Shown here: piece after piece, positions 1 to 8,475 of the stretch | Layout of the letters: every line of letters starts with the position of its first letter | How positions within the stretch are numbered: position 1 is the first letter of the stretch | Origin: Aeropyrum pernix K1 | Lineage (GTDB): Archaea; Thermoproteota; Thermoprotei_A; Sulfolobales; Acidilobaceae | DNA: 32,000 bases | Assembly: GCF_000011125.1 (NCBI RefSeq) | Contig: NC_000854.2 | Coordinates: 1,500,001 to 1,532,000, forward strand | Direction of reading: 5' to 3' | The notes under the pieces: model-generated | Told to the model about the DNA's origin: nothing | Databases searched by the model: none | The model's input: only the letters and a program-made list of their open reading frames with translations | Position numbers and translations under genes: made by a program

Positions 1-162
1 ATAGAGGTCCTCAGGAGCAACGGCTACACTGTGGGCACAGCGCTTGTCCTTGTGGATAGGGGCGAGGGAGCGGGCGAGCTCCTCGCCCGGATGGGTGTCA
101 GGCTGGTAAGCGTAGCAACCCTCAAAACCATACTCGAGAAACTAGGCTGGGGCGGGGAGTGA
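1..162 (+). CDS. pyrE: C-terminal fragment of an orotate phosphoribosyltransferase-like protein (5' end outside window)
   Basis: Frame 1 translation IEVLRSNGYTVGTALVLVDRGEGAGELLARMGVRLVSVATLKTILEKLGWGGE* resembles the PRTase C-terminus (ALVLVDRxEGxxExL...GVxLxSVxTL). Confidence 0.6.
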   Translation: MEVLRSNGYTVGTALVLVDRGEGAGELLARMGVRLVSVATLKTILEKLGWGGE

Positions 163-378
163 AACCCTAATCAACGGCGGCCGCCTATAGAGCATTAACG
201 GGGCCCTGTGAACGCCCGTCGGGAGTCGCCCGCATCGTCGGAGCCGATGGGGCAGTGACGACTCCCCTGGCTTTGAGGGCCCTCCACAGCGTCTCACGCC
301 TCGCCAGCTCCCGTTATGGGAGGTATATCCAAATCCTTTAGCATGCTCGAGGTAATACTGTTTAATCGGAGGCCGGGG

Positions 379-1011
379 GTGGCTGGTATGGCGGCTCTTA
401 GGAAGACGGTGGAGGTGCCCGAGATACCTGTGGTGGAGAGGGTTGAACTGCCGGCTGATGAGACGGCTGTTGTTGTCGTGGATATGCAGAACGACTTCGT
501 GAAGCCGCAGGGTAAGCTTTTCGTCCCCACTGCCCCGGCCACTATAGAGCCGATAAGAAGGCTGCTAGAGAAGGCTAGGTCCGCTGGAGTGAGGGTCTTC
601 TACACCCAGGACACCCACTATGAGGGGGACCCGGAGTTCGAGATCTGGGGGGAGCATGTTAGATACGGCACTTGGGGCTGGAGGATAGTCGAGGAGCTGA
701 AGCCTGTGGAGGGTAGGGACATAGTGGTGATGAAGACTAGGTACGACGGCTTCTACGGCACCATGCTGGACGACCTCCTCAGGGTGTATGGTGTCAAGAA
801 CCTCGTGATAGTGGGTACGGTGGCCAACATATGCGTGCTCCACACCGCGGGCAGCGCTGCCCTCAGGTGGTACAAGGTAGTGGTGCCCCTAGACGGGATA
901 AGCGCGCTCAACGACTTCGACTACCACGCCGCCCTGAGGCAGATAAGCTTCCTATACCGCGGCACCCTCGTGAAGAGCGTCGACGGCATAGAGTTTATCC
1001 AGGCCCGCTGA
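379..1011 (+). CDS. Isochorismatase-fold cysteine hydrolase, nicotinamidase-like
   Basis: VVVVDMQNDFVKPQGKL, VMKTRYDGFYGT and VGTVANICVLHTA give the Asp/Lys/Cys triad. GTG at 379 sits 6 nt after GGAGG (368-372), so it is preferred over the 316 start in the ORF track. Confidence 0.88.
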   Translation: MAGMAALRKTVEVPEIPVVERVELPADETAVVVVDMQNDFVKPQGKLFVPTAPATIEPIRRLLEKARSAGVRVFYTQDTHYEGDPEFEIWGEHVRYGTWGWRIVEELKPVEGRDIVVMKTRYDGFYGTMLDDLLRVYGVKNLVIVGTVANICVLHTAGSAALRWYKVVVPLDGISALNDFDYHAALRQISFLYRGTLVKSVDGIEFIQAR

Positions 1012-1948
1012 CCGGCTCTAGAGCCTCTGACATGTCGAGGACCTCGACGCCCCTACCCTCAGCAGCGTCTCCAAGGTTTATCATGCATATCGGGCACGCA
1101 ACCACTATTTTTCTCGAAACGCCCTCAAGCTCCTGCAGCCTAGCCCTGGCTATCCTCTTCGCCAGGCTCGGCATTAAACCCTCCACCGGCCCCCCGCAGC
1201 AATATGTCATCCTGCCGGACCTCGGCGGCTCCTTAAGCCTGAGCCCAGCCCTCTCCGCTATCCTCCTAGGCTCGCCTATAACGCCCTCGAACCTAGCGTA
1301 GTAGCACGGGTCGTGTATCACAGCCTCACCGAGCCTCGACCCCAGCCTGACCTCGCCGGATCTGTCGAGGACCTCGAGGTAGCTCTCTACCTCGAGGCTG
1401 TAGCCGTCCACATACTTGGGCGCTACGCTCCTCATTATATGCGTGGTGTGCGGGTCGATCGTCACAATCCTCTCCACACCAGCCTCCCGCAGCCTCCTGT
1501 AAACCCTGTTTATATGCCTTTCGAAGGACGATTCGAGGCCATTCTCGTAGAGTATAGCCCCGCTGTAGGCGTCGGCCTCGTACGGGTAGGCCACGCCCAA
1601 GGGCTTCAGCAACCCGTAGATACGGGCCACTATAGACTCCGCCCTTCTAATCTTGCTGGCTGGAGGCCTGACTGCGAGCCTCGCCAGACCTGCAGGGAGG
1701 ATCTTAGACGCTCTCAGCCCCAGCTCAAGCAGGCCCAGGGACTCGAGCCTCTCCATCAGCCTGACCGTAGCCCTAATGTATGGGGCAAGCTGGTACAAGC
1801 CCCCCGTGAAGAGGTATATTCTCCCCCTCCTAGGCGGCTCCTCCCTGTATGCCCACCTGTAGACGACGTCGCCGGGCGCCGGCACGGGAAGGCCGGTCTT
1901 CTCCACGGTAGTCTTCAATAGTGTGAGGTAGAGCTTCAGCCTAGCCAA
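995..1948 (-). CDS. CCG-domain (HdrB/HdrD/GlpC/LutA-like) Fe-S oxidoreductase subunit with one intact CCG motif
   Basis: C-terminal HDPCYYARF...MTYCCGGPVEG...VVACPICMINL motif; the N-terminal repeat lacks the cysteines. Confidence 0.75.
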   Translation of the reverse strand: MARLKLYLTLLKTTVEKTGLPVPAPGDVVYRWAYREEPPRRGRIYLFTGGLYQLAPYIRATVRLMERLESLGLLELGLRASKILPAGLARLAVRPPASKIRRAESIVARIYGLLKPLGVAYPYEADAYSGAILYENGLESSFERHINRVYRRLREAGVERIVTIDPHTTHIMRSVAPKYVDGYSLEVESYLEVLDRSGEVRLGSRLGEAVIHDPCYYARFEGVIGEPRRIAERAGLRLKEPPRSGRMTYCCGGPVEGLMPSLAKRIARARLQELEGVSRKIVVACPICMINLGDAAEGRGVEVLDMSEALEPVSGPG

Positions 1949-2032
1949 CCCGGCATAAGCACCCCGAGGCCCCTGCTACAGTATAGCTCATTAGACGGGG
2001 GCCCGCTTTAATTATTCAATGCTGGAGAAATA

Positions 2033-2046
2033 TAGTGTCTACACTA
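2033..2046. promoter_or_regulatory. Perfect 14-bp palindrome TAGTGTCTACACTA between a TATA-like element (CTTTAATTATTC, 2006-2017) and the acyl-CoA dehydrogenase start; candidate operator
   Basis: Direct reading; arms TAGTGT and ACACTA with CT in between. It overlaps the predicted start-site zone about 25 nt downstream of the TATA-like element. Confidence 0.4.
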
Positions 2047-2075
2047 AGCTAAAACTAGTTTGAGGTGCTGTAGTC

Positions 2076-3293
2076 GTGGACTTCTCTCTGGGGCCGGATC
2101 TAGAGCTGTTTAGGGAGAGCCTCCGGAGGGGGCTGGAGAAGCTGCTGGGCGGGGGTAGGTGGGCCGAGATAGATGAGGCCGGCGTCCTCCCCGCAGAGAC
2201 GATTAGGGGGCTAGGAGCCCTCGGCGTCCTTGCTCTCGTCTGCCCGGAGGAGCTTGGGGGTCAGGGTGGAGGCTGGCTCGAGGCGGCTATCGCCGCTGAG
2301 GAGATAGGCTACCACGACCCCAGCATGTCGACAGCCGTGTACACCCTGCTAAACAACGCCTGGCCGTTCATTCTATCCCGCCATGGGAGCCCTGAGGTGG
2401 CGGGGGGTATAGTTGAGAAGGTTGCTAAGGGTGAAATGTTCTTCGGGATAGCCTCGACCGAGCCAGGCGGCGGGAGCGATGTGGCGGGTATCAAGACCCG
2501 CGCCGAGAGGAGCGGGGACTACTACAGAGTGTACGGCGAGAAGATACTGATAAGCGGTGTAAGGGAGGCTCTGGAGACCCTCGACTACGGGGGCTGGCTG
2601 CTGCTAGCGAGAACCGGGGGTGAGGGCCACAGGGGCCTTTCCGCCTTCGCCTTCACAGGCAAATGGGATGGCAGCCTGGCCAGCGGCCTGGAGTACAGCA
2701 TACTCGACACAATAGGGAGGCACGGGATATCCACGGGGATACTCAGGCTCGACGGGGCGGAGGTGCACGCCTCCAGGATCGTCGGAGGCGAGGGCCGGGG
2801 CTTCTACGTGGCAATGGAGGGCTTCCCCCTGGCAAGGATACTGGTGGCGGCGGCGAACGTTGGCGCCGCGAGGTGGGCGCTGGAGAGGGCCGTGGAGTGG
2901 TCCAGGGAGAGGAGGCTCTTCGGAGGGAGGCCCATAGCCTCTTTCCAGGGTGTGAGCTTCTCGATAGCGGAGGCTTTCGCAGGGCTGGAGGCGGCGAGGC
3001 TCCTAGTCTACAGGGCGGCCTGGACTGCCGACAGGTACGTTCGAGGCGAGGCTGCAAGGGAGGAGCTTAACCTGTACAGCGCTTCAGCGAAGCTGAAGGC
3101 GGTGGACACCGCCTTCTCCATATTCCAGGAGACGATGAAGATAGTCGGGGGCATAAGCTTCACGAAGGAGGTCGACGTCCACAGGGGCCTGCTCGGGACC
3201 CTATCCTACCTCGTGGGGGCTGAGGGGGCGCAGAACATAATGAAGTACATCATAGCCAGGGACCTGATAGGAAGAGAGTATGTGAAGCTCTAG
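2076..3293 (+). CDS. Acyl-CoA dehydrogenase family protein
   Basis: FFGIASTEPGGGSDVAGIKTRAERSGDYYRVYGEKILISG, ERRLFGGRPIASFQGVSFSIAEAFAGLEAAR and IMKIVGGISFTKEVDVHRGL are typical ACAD signatures. GTG start. Confidence 0.92.
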   Translation: MDFSLGPDLELFRESLRRGLEKLLGGGRWAEIDEAGVLPAETIRGLGALGVLALVCPEELGGQGGGWLEAAIAAEEIGYHDPSMSTAVYTLLNNAWPFILSRHGSPEVAGGIVEKVAKGEMFFGIASTEPGGGSDVAGIKTRAERSGDYYRVYGEKILISGVREALETLDYGGWLLLARTGGEGHRGLSAFAFTGKWDGSLASGLEYSILDTIGRHGISTGILRLDGAEVHASRIVGGEGRGFYVAMEGFPLARILVAAANVGAARWALERAVEWSRERRLFGGRPIASFQGVSFSIAEAFAGLEAARLLVYRAAWTADRYVRGEAAREELNLYSASAKLKAVDTAFSIFQETMKIVGGISFTKEVDVHRGLLGTLSYLVGAEGAQNIMKYIIARDLIGREYVKL

Positions 3294-3682
3294 CCATCCC
3301 CAGGCTCGACGAGGAGCAAGAGCCCCCTGGACCCCCGCACCACAACGACATCACCGGGCCTGACAGACCCCCTCAGCAGGACTCCCCTCCAAAGCTCCCC
3401 CTCGATCTCAACCACAACCCTCCCGCCCTCCCGCACCTCTACCACCCGGCCTTTCAAGCCCTCCAAGGCGTCTGGACCTACACTAGGCTTCCTGCCCATA
3501 GCCTCCACAGCCTTGGCAGCGGCAACCGCTAGGAAGAGGGCTATGGGCGAGACCATGACCGCCGCCTCCAGGGGTGAGGCTAGCCCCAGCCTCTCCGCCA
3601 TGTAGGCAGCACCCCCTACTACTATCAATATCACAGCCGCCTCGTCAAGCAGGGCAACCAGCACGAGGAGCCTACCAGCCAA
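3290..3682 (-). CDS. Small NfeD-like membrane protein (TM segments plus C-terminal OB-like domain)
   Basis: Hydrophobic N-terminus followed by LEGLKGRVVEVREGGRVVVEIEGELWRGVLLRGSVRPGDVVVVRGSRGLLLLVEP. Confidence 0.6.
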   Translation of the reverse strand: MAGRLLVLVALLDEAAVILIVVGGAAYMAERLGLASPLEAAVMVSPIALFLAVAAAKAVEAMGRKPSVGPDALEGLKGRVVEVREGGRVVVEIEGELWRGVLLRGSVRPGDVVVVRGSRGLLLLVEPGDG

Positions 3683-3734
3683 GCCGCCGGCCCCAGGGCA
3701 ATATCTAGTAGGCTCCAGCGGCTGTTAGATATTT

Positions 3735-4442
3735 GTGGGCATAGGGTGTCTAGAGGGTTTGAAGAGGCAGGAGCTGAGGACTTCGGAGGCGTCGAGGCTG
3801 GTGGCCCTGGTGTATGCGGTGGTGAGGGCCGTCGAGGAGTATAACGAGGACTACGACCCCCGAGAGGTCAGGGTCTCCCTCCCGCGCCGCCCAAGCCGGG
3901 GCGAGGTTCTCGTCGAGGTGGAGGCGCCGGGCTACTCGCTGGAGGATTATTCGTGGGAGCTCGACGACGGTTCCAGGATAGTGGTGGCCCCTGGGAGGGG
4001 TGTTGAGAGGCTCTCCACCATACTGCGGAGGCTCCCCTGGGAGGTGTGGAGGCTTGAGGGTGGGCTGCTGAGGGGGCTGGCTTCGGAGACGAGCGGGAGC
4101 GGCATAGAATACATCATAGTCTACCTGGTTGACGGGAGGGCAGCCCTGCTGGAGGGCGAGGAGTATAGGGTCTCTATACCCGGCCTCGGTGACGCGGTTG
4201 CAGCCGCCGTCCACACCCACCCATCCGGCTCGTGCGCCCTCTCCAGGGCCGACGTGTTGAGCGGGCTGGACCTCATGATAAACGGGGGCCTCTTCGAGGC
4301 AGCCGCCACCCCCGAGTGCATGGTTTACATGCTGAGGATAGGCCTCGTCTCGGAGGACGACTATATAAAGCTGTGGACGAGCAGGCACGGCATTATTCCC
4401 CCTCTGAGTCTAAACACGGTAGAAGTGGGTGTGGTTGCTTGA
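3735..4442 (+). CDS. JAB/MPN (JAMM) metalloprotease-like domain protein with an uncharacterised N-terminal domain
   Basis: AVHTHPSGSCALSRADV matches HxH-x10-D (His codons 4212-4214 and 4218-4220, Asp codon 4251-4253). True start may be the TTG near 3759 after GAGGG. Confidence 0.6.
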   Translation: MGIGCLEGLKRQELRTSEASRLVALVYAVVRAVEEYNEDYDPREVRVSLPRRPSRGEVLVEVEAPGYSLEDYSWELDDGSRIVVAPGRGVERLSTILRRLPWEVWRLEGGLLRGLASETSGSGIEYIIVYLVDGRAALLEGEEYRVSIPGLGDAVAAAVHTHPSGSCALSRADVLSGLDLMINGGLFEAAATPECMVYMLRIGLVSEDDYIKLWTSRHGIIPPLSLNTVEVGVVA

Positions 4443-4996
4443 AGAGCCTGGGTGAGGTGCTGGAGGCGCTCTCAAGCCTCTCTAGGACAGGCTGGATGCT
4501 CAGGGGAGTCCCCCACCAGCTGGCGGAGACTGTTGCGGAGCACCTCTTCGCCTCCGCAGTTATAGCGGGGGAGATTGCGTGGAGGGCCAGGTCCTCGGGC
4601 CTCCAAGCCAGCCCTGAAAAGGCTGTGGCTATAGCGCTCTACCACGACATGGCTGAGAGCGTCATAGGCGATATATCCAAGAGGGCGGGGCTATCGAGGG
4701 CGAAGAGGGAGGCCGAGGCCAGGGCCTTCGCCTCCCTCCCCCTGAGCGAGGGCGTCAAGAACCTTTTCAGAGAGTTCGAGGAGGCGTCATCCCCCGAGGC
4801 TAGGATAGCCAGGGTGGCCGAGCTGCTCGCCACGCTCTGGAGGTCCTGCGTTTACGTGAGGCTCGGATTCGGGGTGGAGGATATTGGGCGGGGCAGCCTG
4901 GAGGAGGCCCTCGCGCTCGCCCGCGAGTGGGGGCTGGAGGAGCATGCGCAGGGCGTGGCCCGCCTGCTAGGGGTGGAGGGGTGCCTGGAGGGTTGA
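4439..4996 (+). CDS. HD-domain hydrolase, YfbR/HDDC2-like
   Basis: VAEHLFASAVIAGEIA...AIALYHDMAESVIGDI. TTG start at 4439 overlaps the upstream stop (TTGA), and the frame closes exactly at 4996. Confidence 0.78.
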   Translation: MKSLGEVLEALSSLSRTGWMLRGVPHQLAETVAEHLFASAVIAGEIAWRARSSGLQASPEKAVAIALYHDMAESVIGDISKRAGLSRAKREAEARAFASLPLSEGVKNLFREFEEASSPEARIARVAELLATLWRSCVYVRLGFGVEDIGRGSLEEALALAREWGLEEHAQGVARLLGVEGCLEG

Positions 4997-5589
4997 CTAG
5001 GGTCTCTCTACCCTACTACGAGTATAGCATGGGCAGGGGTGGGGGGAGCCTGTTCCTGGAGGCCCACCTCTCACGCCACCTACTACCCGAGGAGATCTGC
5101 CTCCTAGCCTCTAGGAGGCCGGTGTGGCTTGACGAGAGGCCCTCCGGTGTTGTCGCGACGCCCTGGGGCAGCCCAGGAGAGGTCCTCAGGTTCTACGTTG
5201 AGCGGGCAACCATCCTCCTCACAGAGCCGCCACCCCCCAGGGAGAGGGTTTGGAGGTGGATGCTCAGGAGGCTCGGCCAAGAGCTAAACAGGCTCATAGC
5301 CGGGGGTCTTGTGGGCCCGCCGGTCCAGCCTGAGGTGAGTGAGGATGCTAGGAGGGCTAGGCTTGCGAGGAGGCTGTGCAAGGATGTGCTTGGCGACGTC
5401 ATCTCCGGCCGCCTACAGCCTGTTCACCAGGGTTTGAGGTGGAGGATAGTAGAGGTGGAAGCATCGGCTGGGGCCACCAGGGTGGCCAGGCCGGGTGGGG
5501 GGAGCGATAGGATACTGGAGTGGCTGGCTTCGAGGAACCCCGGCCTCAGGTCCTCGCTAGAGGCCCTGGCCGCCGAGGGCAGAGCCTAG
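4993..5589 (+). CDS. Conserved-looking hypothetical protein, translationally coupled to the HD protein
   Basis: TTG start at 4993 after GGAGG, overlapping the upstream stop. No recognised domain. Confidence 0.6.
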   Translation: MTRVSLPYYEYSMGRGGGSLFLEAHLSRHLLPEEICLLASRRPVWLDERPSGVVATPWGSPGEVLRFYVERATILLTEPPPPRERVWRWMLRRLGQELNRLIAGGLVGPPVQPEVSEDARRARLARRLCKDVLGDVISGRLQPVHQGLRWRIVEVEASAGATRVARPGGGSDRILEWLASRNPGLRSSLEALAAEGRA

Positions 5590-6396
5590 GTGGGTCTTCA
5601 CAGCCTCGATGAGCCTGGAAGCAGCCTCAAGGTGGACTAGGTGGCCGGCCCCCTCGATAACCACTATTCTCCCCCTAGGGCCTAGGATGCGGCGTGCCTC
5701 CTCTAGCAGACCAGCCGCCAGCGGGTCCCTAGAACCCACGACCACAGTGGTGGGAGCCTCGGCTGTGAGCCTCTGGAAAGCCCGGGTGTAGTCCCGCCCT
5801 GCCAGCTCCTCTACTATGCTCGCGTAGACATGGGGGCCTATTCTCTGTAGGAGTTTTAGGGCGGCTTGATAGGCGAGATTCATGTTAACCCCCCGGTATA
5901 CAGCAGCCGCGATCGCTCTAGCCGCCTCCTCCACACCCCTCTCCCTGGCGAGCCTGGCCCTAGCCCTCATCCCCTCGGGGTCGGCTGGCCTGTGAAGAGC
6001 CCCCACCAGGATCGCGCTTTCGAACCCTCCGCCGGGTTCCAGGATGTCCTTGTCCACCGCTTCGAGCACCACAAACCCGCCGAGGCTGAAGCCCATTAGA
6101 TGCACCCTACCCTGCCCCTCCCTCTTTACGAGGGCCTCCAGGTCCTTCGCCATAGCCTCCAGAGATACACCCCCCTGGCCAGGCCTGCTGCCGCCATGGC
6201 CCCTCAGGTCGGGGAGCACGATCCTCGCCCCAAGCCCGGCCGCCAGCCTGGCTATGTGGAGCCAAACCCTGGAGTTCTCCCCGAGGCCGTGTAGCATGAG
6301 GATTGTGTCGCCGCCCCACCTCGGGGGCGATATGGTTATGTAGGATATGAGGCCTCCGTCCCAAGTCTCGAGTCTAAGCGGTTCCTCGGAAGCCAA
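5557..6396 (-). CDS. Alpha/beta hydrolase
   Basis: MLHGLGENSRVWLHIARLAAGLGARIVLPDLRGHGGS, VHLMGFSLGGFVVLE nucleophile elbow, GAGHLVHLEAA catalytic His. Confidence 0.9.
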   Translation of the reverse strand: MASEEPLRLETWDGGLISYITISPPRWGGDTILMLHGLGENSRVWLHIARLAAGLGARIVLPDLRGHGGSRPGQGGVSLEAMAKDLEALVKREGQGRVHLMGFSLGGFVVLEAVDKDILEPGGGFESAILVGALHRPADPEGMRARARLARERGVEEAARAIAAAVYRGVNMNLAYQAALKLLQRIGPHVYASIVEELAGRDYTRAFQRLTAEAPTTVVVGSRDPLAAGLLEEARRILGPRGRIVVIEGAGHLVHLEAASRLIEAVKTHLGSALGGQGL

Positions 6397-6425
6397 GGCG
6401 GCTTACACCCCTCCAGCCCCTGTAT

Positions 6426-7901
6426 TTAAGTCCTACTGCCCGCCACAACCCTCTTCACGGCCTCCACCAGCCTGAGGGGCGAGACCAGGCCCTCCTCCGT
6501 AGCCAGGTCCTCCCCAGCCTTGCCTACGGTGTAGAGTGCTGCGGCGGCCGTGTTCAGAGGGTCTGGGTCCAGGCCGAGCGCCCTCCTCCTAGCTAGGAAG
6601 CCTGCTAACACGCCCGCGAGCACGTCCCCCGTGCCGCCGACGCTCATCTCCGGGGCCCCCCAGGGCGACTCCCTGCACCTCCCCTCCGGGCTGCACACAG
6701 CGTCCACCGGGGCCTTGACGATGGTGGTGGCTCCGTACCGGGCTGCTATCTCCCTCGCAGCCCTGAGGGGAGGGAGGTCCTCCCCGCCTAGGAGCAGTTT
6801 GGCCTCGCCCCTGTGTGGCGTTAACACGGCTCCGCCCCAGAGCCTATCCCCCCTTCTCGCCAGCGCTTTGAGGCCGTCGGCGTCGACAACGGCGGGCACC
6901 CCCCTTTTCCTCGCGGCGTCGAGGACCTCCCACAGCAGGTCCTCGCCCTCCCCTCCCATGCCCGGGCCAGCCACCACCGCGTGAACCCTCTCGACAACCC
7001 GGCTAGCCTCCTCCATCCTCCTGGGCACTATCTCGGGCCTGGCCAGGGCTGCCTCCCGCGAGAAGGGAGAGGCTAGGTACACCAGGTCCACTCCCGCTGC
7101 GTAGGCGGCGAGGGCTGCTAGTATTGGGGCTCCAACGTACTCGCTGCTGCCCCCTACGACGAGAACCCGCCCACCGACGCCCTTGTGGGCGTCCCGGGGC
7201 CTCCTAGGTATCCTAGCCGCAACGTCGCCGGGGCCTGCGTAGTACTCAGCAGCCCAGGGCACCCCTATCTCTGCCGTGAGGACCTCGCCGGCGTAGAGGG
7301 GTGCGGCTCCCTTGAAGAGGCCCTTCTTGGGCTTGTGCATAGAGACTGTATAGTCAGACCTCACGGCGCCCTCGACTGCATCCCCCGTGTCCGGGTCTAC
7401 ACCCGTCGGCACGTCCACCGAGATCTTGAGGCCCCCAGCCTTGTTGTAGGCTTCCGCCGCAGCCTTAACACTGCCCCGGAGGCCCCCCTTAACGCCTATC
7501 CCTAGGAGGGCGTCGACAACAGCGTCAACACCCCCTAGGTCCAGCCAGCCAGGTGCGCCGGGCTCTAGCACCTCGACGCGGCTCGCCTCCACCCCCTTGA
7601 GCATTGTCCTCGCGGCAGGATGCTTAACCTCCCCCCGGGGGTGGGTTAGGTGGATCTCAACCCTGGCTCCCCGGGCCGCGAGCCTCCGGGCGGCTGCTAT
7701 GCCGTCGCCGCCGTTCCCACCCTTGCCCGCGAGCACAGCAACCTTGGCCCCCTGGAGTCCGCCGAGGAGGCACTCTAGAACCCCTGCTACGGCGTTTCCA
7801 GCGTTCTCCATGAGAAGCTCGATAGAAACCCCGAGGTTCTCGGCGTTGATCTCGAACGCCCTCATATCCTCTGTTGAGATAGCGTCCTCAGGGCTCGCCA
7901 T
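6426..7901 (-). CDS. nnr: Bifunctional NAD(P)H-hydrate epimerase / ADP- or ATP-dependent NAD(P)H-hydrate dehydratase
   Basis: N-terminal LMENAGNAV...VAVLAGKGGNGGDGIAAARRLAARG...VDALLGIGVKG; C-terminal VVAGPGMGGE...VVDADGLKAL...VLTPHRGEAKLLL...GGTGDVLAGVLAG. ATG at 7901. Confidence 0.95.
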   Translation of the reverse strand: MASPEDAISTEDMRAFEINAENLGVSIELLMENAGNAVAGVLECLLGGLQGAKVAVLAGKGGNGGDGIAAARRLAARGARVEIHLTHPRGEVKHPAARTMLKGVEASRVEVLEPGAPGWLDLGGVDAVVDALLGIGVKGGLRGSVKAAAEAYNKAGGLKISVDVPTGVDPDTGDAVEGAVRSDYTVSMHKPKKGLFKGAAPLYAGEVLTAEIGVPWAAEYYAGPGDVAARIPRRPRDAHKGVGGRVLVVGGSSEYVGAPILAALAAYAAGVDLVYLASPFSREAALARPEIVPRRMEEASRVVERVHAVVAGPGMGGEGEDLLWEVLDAARKRGVPAVVDADGLKALARRGDRLWGGAVLTPHRGEAKLLLGGEDLPPLRAAREIAARYGATTIVKAPVDAVCSPEGRCRESPWGAPEMSVGGTGDVLAGVLAGFLARRRALGLDPDPLNTAAAALYTVGKAGEDLATEEGLVSPLRLVEAVKRVVAGSRT

Positions 7902-7986
7902 CCTAACCCCGGGGCACAGGACCAAGCAGAGACACCCCAGTGAGGGTTGGGTTTGCATTCGGGGCTAAATATGGGGGTCCAACGGG

Positions 7987-8475
7987 TTACAGGTCGTCCC
8001 ACCAGTCGGCCTCCAGCCTGGCCTCTGAGGACCTGTAGTAGATTGTAGGCACCCCTCTGCGGCGGAGCCTCCTCCTCAGGCTCCTGTCGCTGGTTGCCAC
8101 GTATACTTTAGCCCCCTCTACTTTGAGCTTTTCGGCAGCTTCCTCGAGGCTGTCGTCGGCGTCTCGGCTCTCAGTTTCTATGACCTCAACTCCCATCTGC
8201 TGGAGGAGCCTGAGGGCGGTCTGGGCCCTCCTGCCGAGGAGCCTTGTCCTATGTATCTCAGCGAGCCCCCGCAGCTCGGCTACTACTGTAGACGTGGTGG
8301 CGGGTTTGAAGCTGGAGTTTATCGCCTCTAAGATCATGCTTGGGGCTATTCGGCCGGAGGCCATCAGGATAAGGGTGTTGGAGTCCAGGAGAACTACTAC
8401 TTTATGAGCCCCCAGCCTATGAGCCTCCACCTCCCCATTATCCTCCTGCTCAGGGCCACCCTCGCCTTGGGCCAT
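7987..8475 (-). CDS. PIN-domain protein (Fcf1/Utp24-like) downstream of aIF2-gamma; start codon uncertain
   Basis: [14 protein letters not shown]...[13 protein letters not shown]...[25 protein letters not shown]. Confidence 0.78.
   Translation of the reverse strand: MAQGEGGPEQEDNGEVEAHRLGAHKVVVLLDSNTLILMASGRIAPSMILEAINSSFKPATTSTVVAELRGLAEIHRTRLLGRRAQTALRLLQQMGVEVIETESRDADDSLEEAAEKLKVEGAKVYVATSDRSLRRRLRRRGVPTIYYRSSEARLEADWWDDL

Noticed and set aside
163-378. Possible small RNA or small gene between pyrE and the nicotinamidase-like gene
   Set aside because: No convincing C/D box pair, stable structure or promoter could be supported by eye.
3750-4388. 212-aa minus-strand ORF opposite the JAMM-like gene
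   Set aside because: Low-complexity Pro/Arg/His-rich translation fully antisense to a recognisable coding gene; a typical artefact of GC-rich codon bias.
4232-4438. N-terminal 69 codons of the 4232-4996 ORF
   Set aside because: Overlaps the JAMM gene in another frame. HD-protein similarity begins at LKSLGEVLEAL, and TTG 4439 gives a coupled start.
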